From: Thermoproteota archaeon | GTDB taxonomy: Archaea; Korarchaeota; Korarchaeia; Korarchaeales; Korarchaeaceae | Direction of reading: 5' to 3' | Length of the DNA: 64,000 bases | Assembly: GCA_026986575.1 (NCBI GenBank) | Contig: JALSOH010000009.1 | Coordinates: forward strand, 192,001 to 256,000 | Shown: one piece after another, positions 59,008 to 64,000 of the stretch | Position numbering within the stretch: position 1 is the first letter of the stretch | Layout of the letters: each line of letters opens with the position of its first letter | Program-made: the position numbers and the translations under genes | Notes under the pieces: model-generated | Database searches by the model: none | Seen by the model: the letters and a program-made list of their open reading frames with translations, nothing else | Told to the model about the DNA's origin: nothing

Positions 59008-60636
59008 TTGAGGAGTTTACTGCCAATAGCCCTGATGATGGTTTTCCTCGTCCCACTAGTACTGGCGGCACCTTCGCCTGACACCTACTACGTGGCTCCT
59101 TGGGGAGATGATAACAACCCAGGAACGAGAGACAGACCCTGGAAGAGTCCCGGACTAGCCACTAGGAGGATGAAGCCCGGAGACACGCTGATAATACTAG
59201 AGGGGAAGTACATCCTGAGCGAGTACGATGCCGATATACTCATGCCACCATCGGGAAGGGAAGGCGCTTGGACCCTGATCCGGGGTGAGGGAAGCAGGAA
59301 ACCCGTGCTGGCGGGCAGGAACAACCTGTTGACTGCTATAGATATATCGGGAAGGAGCTATATCAGGATCGAGAACTTGGAGATCACCAGCGATGATGGT
59401 GCCCAGTTCAGGGATGGAATCGAGGCCCTCGGAGGGCCAGTGAGCCATGTCGTGCTGAAGGACCTGTACATCCATCACATTGATGAGATGGGCATAAACA
59501 TGGCGGATGTGGAGGACCTGAAAATAATCAACTGTTCGATCACCTACTGCGGCTTTGGATCCATAGGGGGGCCAAAAGGGGAGCATGGTGGATGGAGGAA
59601 TGTCCTCATCCAAGATTGTTACTTGGCCTACGCGGGACACTACTATCAGGGGGGACCTGGACCATCTCCGTATGATAGGCCGGACGGCTTCGGCATTGAA
59701 CCCTCCTCCGGTCCCATCGAGATAGCCAGAACCATTGTGGAGCACAATAGAGGAGATGGTCTCGACTCCAAGGCGGACAACACTTACATACACGAGTGCG
59801 TGGTGGCTAACAACTTCGCCGATGGGGTGAAGCTTTGGGGACCGGGTAGCAGGCTGGAGAACACCTTGATCTATGGGAGAGGGGATGGGAGCACCCAAGT
59901 GACTCCCTGGTCGCCCATCGTCGTGGCTTCTCAAAGACCGGGGAAGTTCGAGATCGTCGGAGTGACGGTGGACGACGAGGTCGGCGGGAACTACATCATG
60001 CACGTTCAGTACGATTACGACGTGCCTATAGAGCTTACCGTGAAGAACACCATATTCAGCGGGAGAGGACCCAGCTCGCCAATATTCGTGAGGAAAGGGG
60101 TTAAATTCAAGTTCGATAGGTGCCTATTCTACTTCCCTAGGAGTGAATTCGTCCTGACGGTTGGGGAGGAGCAGTACAGCCCCGAGGATGTGCCCAAGCT
60201 GGGAAATAACTTTTGCGGAGATCCCATGTTCGTGAGGACCGGATTCGGCGGGAATGGAGACTACCATCTGAGGAAAGGCAGTCCAGCCATAGATTCTGGC
60301 GTGGGAGTGCTTATCAGAGCGGATTTAGATGGGTGTCCTAGGCCTCAAGGTCAAGGGTATGATATAGGTGCATATGAGTCGGGAACATGCACCGATAGGG
60401 TAGTCACTAGCATCCCTCGTGAAGCTAGAGGTGATCAATCAACCTCCAAGTCCACGGAATCCGAACCATACACAAATCCCCCTCATAAATACGAGAGAAC
60501 TATTACTGTGATAGAGAAGATCCGCGAGGGGAGGGGGCTAACTACTTATCTGCTGGATGCAATAGTGATACTTCTGTCCGCTCTGATAGTATTCATAATC
60601 TTAAAAATATCACTCAAATTCGCGCGCCGAATGTAG
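59008..60636 (+). CDS. Secreted right-handed parallel beta-helix protein with C-terminal TM anchor
   Basis: YYVAPWGDDNNPGT...PW, PbH1 repeats, DYHLRKGSPAIDSG...D.DG.PRP.G..YDIGAYE and a TM helix. Confidence 0.88.
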   Translation: MRSLLPIALMMVFLVPLVLAAPSPDTYYVAPWGDDNNPGTRDRPWKSPGLATRRMKPGDTLIILEGKYILSEYDADILMPPSGREGAWTLIRGEGSRKPVLAGRNNLLTAIDISGRSYIRIENLEITSDDGAQFRDGIEALGGPVSHVVLKDLYIHHIDEMGINMADVEDLKIINCSITYCGFGSIGGPKGEHGGWRNVLIQDCYLAYAGHYYQGGPGPSPYDRPDGFGIEPSSGPIEIARTIVEHNRGDGLDSKADNTYIHECVVANNFADGVKLWGPGSRLENTLIYGRGDGSTQVTPWSPIVVASQRPGKFEIVGVTVDDEVGGNYIMHVQYDYDVPIELTVKNTIFSGRGPSSPIFVRKGVKFKFDRCLFYFPRSEFVLTVGEEQYSPEDVPKLGNNFCGDPMFVRTGFGGNGDYHLRKGSPAIDSGVGVLIRADLDGCPRPQGQGYDIGAYESGTCTDRVVTSIPREARGDQSTSKSTESEPYTNPPHKYERTITVIEKIREGRGLTTYLLDAIVILLSALIVFIILKISLKFARRM

Positions 60637-60900
60637 GTGGACATCACGATCTTAGAAGCTAACTTAACGGCCCCTTAGAACCGAGGTAGCATCCTCACGC
60701 GAACACTGTAATGAGCTTGGAGGCATTACCAACCGCATCTCACGATTTTCCAGATGCGAATTGGATAGGCTAAACTCACACTTCCCCTCTTAATATTGTG
60801 AGTATTATGAGATTAGCGAGCTTCTGAGCCAAGGTACACGGTGCCTCGTAGCTACTTTGGGCAGTTGCCATCCTATCCTGGTACATTTAAATAAAGTTAA

Positions 60901-60930
60901 ATATTTATATATATTAATATATATAAATAT
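60901..60930. repeat. Perfect 30-bp A/T-only palindrome
   Basis: ATATTTATATATATTAATATATATAAATAT equals its own reverse complement. Confidence 0.9.
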
Positions 60931-61058
60931 AACTATAATAATTTACCTATCACTTCGTAAAAAATTCGGGTTAAATGATTACTATATTCTTAGATCTGTT
61001 TAATCGTAATCTTTTTAATTTTTACATTTGCTATACCGATCCTACGGGTGATGGTAGC

Positions 61059-62081
61059 TTGGTTACTAGGAGGGAGTTCCTCAAGGGAGCCTCAGTTGTT
61101 GTGCTGGGAAGCATCGTAGGCAATGCTGTCGGGGAAGTAGTTCCGGTGTTGGCTGAAGAGAAAAAGGAGGTCCCTCATCTTCCTTGGCCGTATGAGGAGT
61201 TGGATCCGGAGTACGTAAGGAAACTCGGGCATCTAGGATACTACGCCTTCGAATGCGCTGGCGGATCATATTGGGCCATAATGGAGGCACTCAGGGAGAA
61301 GATAGGCTTCCCATATACCTTACTTCCCATACCGACGAAGGAGGAAGTCGAAGCCGCTGTGGAGAAACATGAGGAACTGCATCAGATACCCATGCAGTAT
61401 GGAGCAGGAGGTGTCGCTGGTTGGGCATCCCTCTGCGGAGGGTTAAATGGCTCCATTTCTGCTATAACAATGGCCTCCAAGAACTACAAGACTATAGCCA
61501 AAATGCTCCTTAGATGGTATGAGATAACTCCTTTTCCCAGCGATAAGAGCAACGAGTATGCGAGCAAGCACGAGTTCTTCGTTAAGAAGTACAAGAGCGA
61601 CAAGGTGTTACCCCAGAGCGTAAGTCACTCGGTTCTGTGCCATGTCTCGGTAGGTAAATGGTGCGAGGTCTCGGGGTATGCCAGTGGATCCCCAGAGAGA
61701 TCAGAGAGATGTGCGAGATTAACTGGAGATTCGGCTGCTAGAGCCGTTGAATTGTTGAACGCCGACCTAAGGGGAGAATTGAAGAGTGTAGGAACTATCC
61801 CGCTATCTCAATTTACTGCGGACTGCAGGACCTGCCACTACAAAGGTAAGAACTACGAGGGAGGCCAGTTCACGAGGGGCCTAATGCAGTGTGAGTCGTG
61901 CCACCAAGACATGAGGCCTCACGCTAGCACGGTACTCCGACTCTCGCCTCAAGGCCTTAGCACAGATCCTGAAGATAAAGGCAGGCTGGACACATTACTT
62001 GGCGGAGCTGGTCTAGCCGCAGCTGCCGGTGTCGTGGGAGGTATATGGTCCTACTCCAAGTCAAAGTCCGAGAAGGACTGA
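61059..62081 (+). CDS. Tat-exported split-Soret cytochrome c / C-GCAxxG-C-C family protein with two CxxCH motifs and C-terminal anchor
   Basis: TRREFLK Tat motif; LPWPY, ECAGG, YGAGGVAGWASLCGGLNG and LCHVSV; CRTCH and CESCH; GGTGA SD before the TTG. Confidence 0.85.
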   Translation: MVTRREFLKGASVVVLGSIVGNAVGEVVPVLAEEKKEVPHLPWPYEELDPEYVRKLGHLGYYAFECAGGSYWAIMEALREKIGFPYTLLPIPTKEEVEAAVEKHEELHQIPMQYGAGGVAGWASLCGGLNGSISAITMASKNYKTIAKMLLRWYEITPFPSDKSNEYASKHEFFVKKYKSDKVLPQSVSHSVLCHVSVGKWCEVSGYASGSPERSERCARLTGDSAARAVELLNADLRGELKSVGTIPLSQFTADCRTCHYKGKNYEGGQFTRGLMQCESCHQDMRPHASTVLRLSPQGLSTDPEDKGRLDTLLGGAGLAAAAGVVGGIWSYSKSKSEKD

Positions 62082-62095
62082 GCAAAAGGGGGTGA

Positions 62096-63103
62096 ATGGG
62101 GCTCTTGTCCGAGAAGTCCTCCATTCCAAGGCTCGTGGGCAGCATAATTTCCACGGCCATCGTGGTGAGCTTAGGGTGGTTGCTCGTATACCATTACGCC
62201 ATAAAGTCCCTCATAGCTAGGGGAGCTGGGATCACTGAGATACTCCTCTCAGTGAACCTAAGTAGTGCTGCTTGGTGGAGGGATTTCATAGCAGTTGCTT
62301 TCGATGTACTCATCCTGATAATTGCTTTCTTCGGTACATGGTGGGTTTTAGGGCATTTGGCCTTAGAGGCTGCCGAGGCGGGGAAGTGGAGAAAGTATTA
62401 CAAGAGCGCTGAGGCAAAGGACGATGTGTGGGTGGAAAGGCTCAGCCTCTGGCAGCGGATCCAGCACATATGGATAATGCTCACCTTCATAGCATGCGCT
62501 TACACCGGACTCGCACTTAACCTAAAGCTTTACACTACTAGGGCTGATTTCCTAGTTATTCATGTCTACTCTGGATTCGCCATGGGAGTCCTAGTAATCA
62601 TACACTTTCTCCAGTACCTAATTGATGCCATACTGTCTAAGGCCGCAGGCCAGAGTCTTAGGAGGAAGTACCCTATGTTAGAATTCTACAGTCTGAGGTT
62701 CGTAAGAAACTTCTTCAAGGCCCTAGTCCGCACGATCTCTTCAAAGGTAAAGCCAGATCCATATGGCAAATACGATCCCGAGCAACTATTCGAGTACTGG
62801 GGAGTTTACTGGGGTATGGTCGTGCTCGGGATACCCGGAGTGATAATGGCGCTATACGGCCCCAATGTACTAGAGGGTCTGCTCTGGGTGATGCACACCA
62901 AGGAGGCAATCTTGGCAATAATGTTTATACTAGTAGTCCATATGGGCTATACACACCTCAGACCAAAGGTGTTTCCCATGGATTCAACTTACTTGAGTGG
63001 TAAGATGCCGATGAAGAGAATAAAGGAAGAACATCCACTTTGGGCTGAAGAGCTGTTGAGGAGAGGAAAGAACAAGGAGAAAGCTTTAGCTGTGATAAGA
63101 TAA
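62096..63103 (+). CDS. Di-heme cytochrome b membrane subunit (FdnI/HyaC-like)
   Basis: QRIQH, IHVYSG, GKYD..Q.FEYWG, HTKEA and EEHPLW motifs with TM His ligands. Confidence 0.82.
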   Translation: MGLLSEKSSIPRLVGSIISTAIVVSLGWLLVYHYAIKSLIARGAGITEILLSVNLSSAAWWRDFIAVAFDVLILIIAFFGTWWVLGHLALEAAEAGKWRKYYKSAEAKDDVWVERLSLWQRIQHIWIMLTFIACAYTGLALNLKLYTTRADFLVIHVYSGFAMGVLVIIHFLQYLIDAILSKAAGQSLRRKYPMLEFYSLRFVRNFFKALVRTISSKVKPDPYGKYDPEQLFEYWGVYWGMVVLGIPGVIMALYGPNVLEGLLWVMHTKEAILAIMFILVVHMGYTHLRPKVFPMDSTYLSGKMPMKRIKEEHPLWAEELLRRGKNKEKALAVIR

Positions 63104-63447
63104 TTTTGCAATACTTTTTCTTATTATATCTAGTTCCTAATAGATCTGTGGTTGTTGGTCGCCGCCCATGCAGGCTGCGTGGCAAGGGTCAAGGCTTCAC
63201 AGTCTTCATAGGAGAGGAGCCAATAAGGTAAGAAGCAGAGTAAATAGGGCAAGGTGTGTGGAACAGGCCTTTACTTCTTTAATCTTTGTGACTATCTGAC
63301 CCTTAACTAGAGATTTTTCTGAAATATACTGCACAAATATAAATCGAGATCACGCTGAGCTAAGGAATCTGGGAATAGTCTAAGAGCTCTCGGGCACTTG
63401 ATTGCCTAAAGGTTAAATTAAATTAATTCATAGATATTTGAGTTTAG

Positions 63448-64000
63448 ATGCGGATAACTAAACCCCTTTCCACCCTCCTGATAGCCATAGCGATTGTGCC
63501 CTTAGCTTGGGCTGCCGCTGCCCCTCTGAGGAGCTCCTGCCAATGTCGAATGACCATCGATAGCGAGATCATCGTCGCTACCATCTCCCCTAGGTTCGTC
63601 CTAGAGGTGAGGTATCCGGATGGGGGCTCCACCCTCTACGAGGGGAATAGGATCCCCTCGACTTTGACCGTTGACTTGGGAACGCGAGTCGAGCTGAGGT
63701 TCATGGCAAGGGTCAAAGAGCCGGGGACCTACTCCGTGAGCGCGGAATCCTACTCCCTAATCGATACCTCCGGAATGGATGCGAGTACTGGGGCTAGTTG
63801 CGAAGCCAATAATCGGACGGGCAATGTAGACGCACGCGCTTTCTCCATAGCCCGTGACTACGTGAGGGGGCTCGGTTTCAGGCTAGAGGTTTCCTATCGA
63901 GCATCCCTAAGGGATGGATCTTCCCGCAACATGCACAAGGCCGTCACGGTGTGGGTGAGAGCTCCAACCTCATCGACCCAATCGGGGACCCTCGCAACCC
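63448..64000 (+). CDS. Secreted protein, partial (runs off the window); paralog of 36103-37389
   Basis: Open frame MRITKPLSTLLIAIAIVPLAWAAA... with signal peptide, LYEGN and RLEVSY segments like the 36.1-kb protein. Confidence 0.7.
   Translation, partial: MRITKPLSTLLIAIAIVPLAWAAAAPLRSSCQCRMTIDSEIIVATISPRFVLEVRYPDGGSTLYEGNRIPSTLTVDLGTRVELRFMARVKEPGTYSVSAESYSLIDTSGMDASTGASCEANNRTGNVDARAFSIARDYVRGLGFRLEVSYRASLRDGSSRNMHKAVTVWVRAPTSSTQSGTLAT

Noticed and set aside
59197-60003. 268-aa minus-strand ORF
   Set aside because: Antisense shadow of the beta-helix protein
60975-61058. N-terminal extension of the cytochrome c ORF
   Set aside because: AT-rich; an SD plus TTG at 61059 places the Tat motif at the N-terminus
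1-64000. tRNA, rRNA, CRISPR arrays, integrase or intact IS
   Set aside because: None recognised by eye; tRNAscan-SE, Infernal and ISEScan would be needed to exclude small or intron-containing elements

Overview
Archaeal chromosomal window. The AGG/ATA-rich codon usage, GGTGA Shine-Dalgarno sites, TATA boxes and U-rich terminators point to a thermophilic TACK archaeon, reminiscent of Korarchaeota (inference). No rRNA, tRNA, CRISPR array or intact transposase was recognised. Positions 1-9.7 kb form a toxin-antitoxin/defence island: three intact VapBC pairs, a reversed AbiEii-AbiEi pair, a DUF5678-aspartyl protease pair, several decayed TA remnants, and a PD-(D/E)xK nuclease / atypical ParA ATPase / PD-(D/E)xK nuclease triad that is the best candidate for an undescribed system. 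Positions 10-32 kb hold a GT-C-like membrane protein, a ComA-wHTH fusion, surface proteins sharing an uncharacterised C-terminal domain (a fourth member lies at 56.7-58.9 kb), a transglutaminase-like protein, an orphan N6-adenine methyltransferase and more TA pairs. Positions 32-64 kb hold a polar amino-acid ABC transporter, a sulfur-handling cluster (SQR, DUF1641, CBS, TusA-like, SufS, peroxiredoxin, YeeE), a ZIP transporter, methanogenesis marker 8, two radical SAM enzymes, a tungsten AOR, an APC permease, and a Tat-exported split-Soret-type cytochrome c with a cytochrome b partner. All family assignments come from motif recognition by eye, not from database searches.
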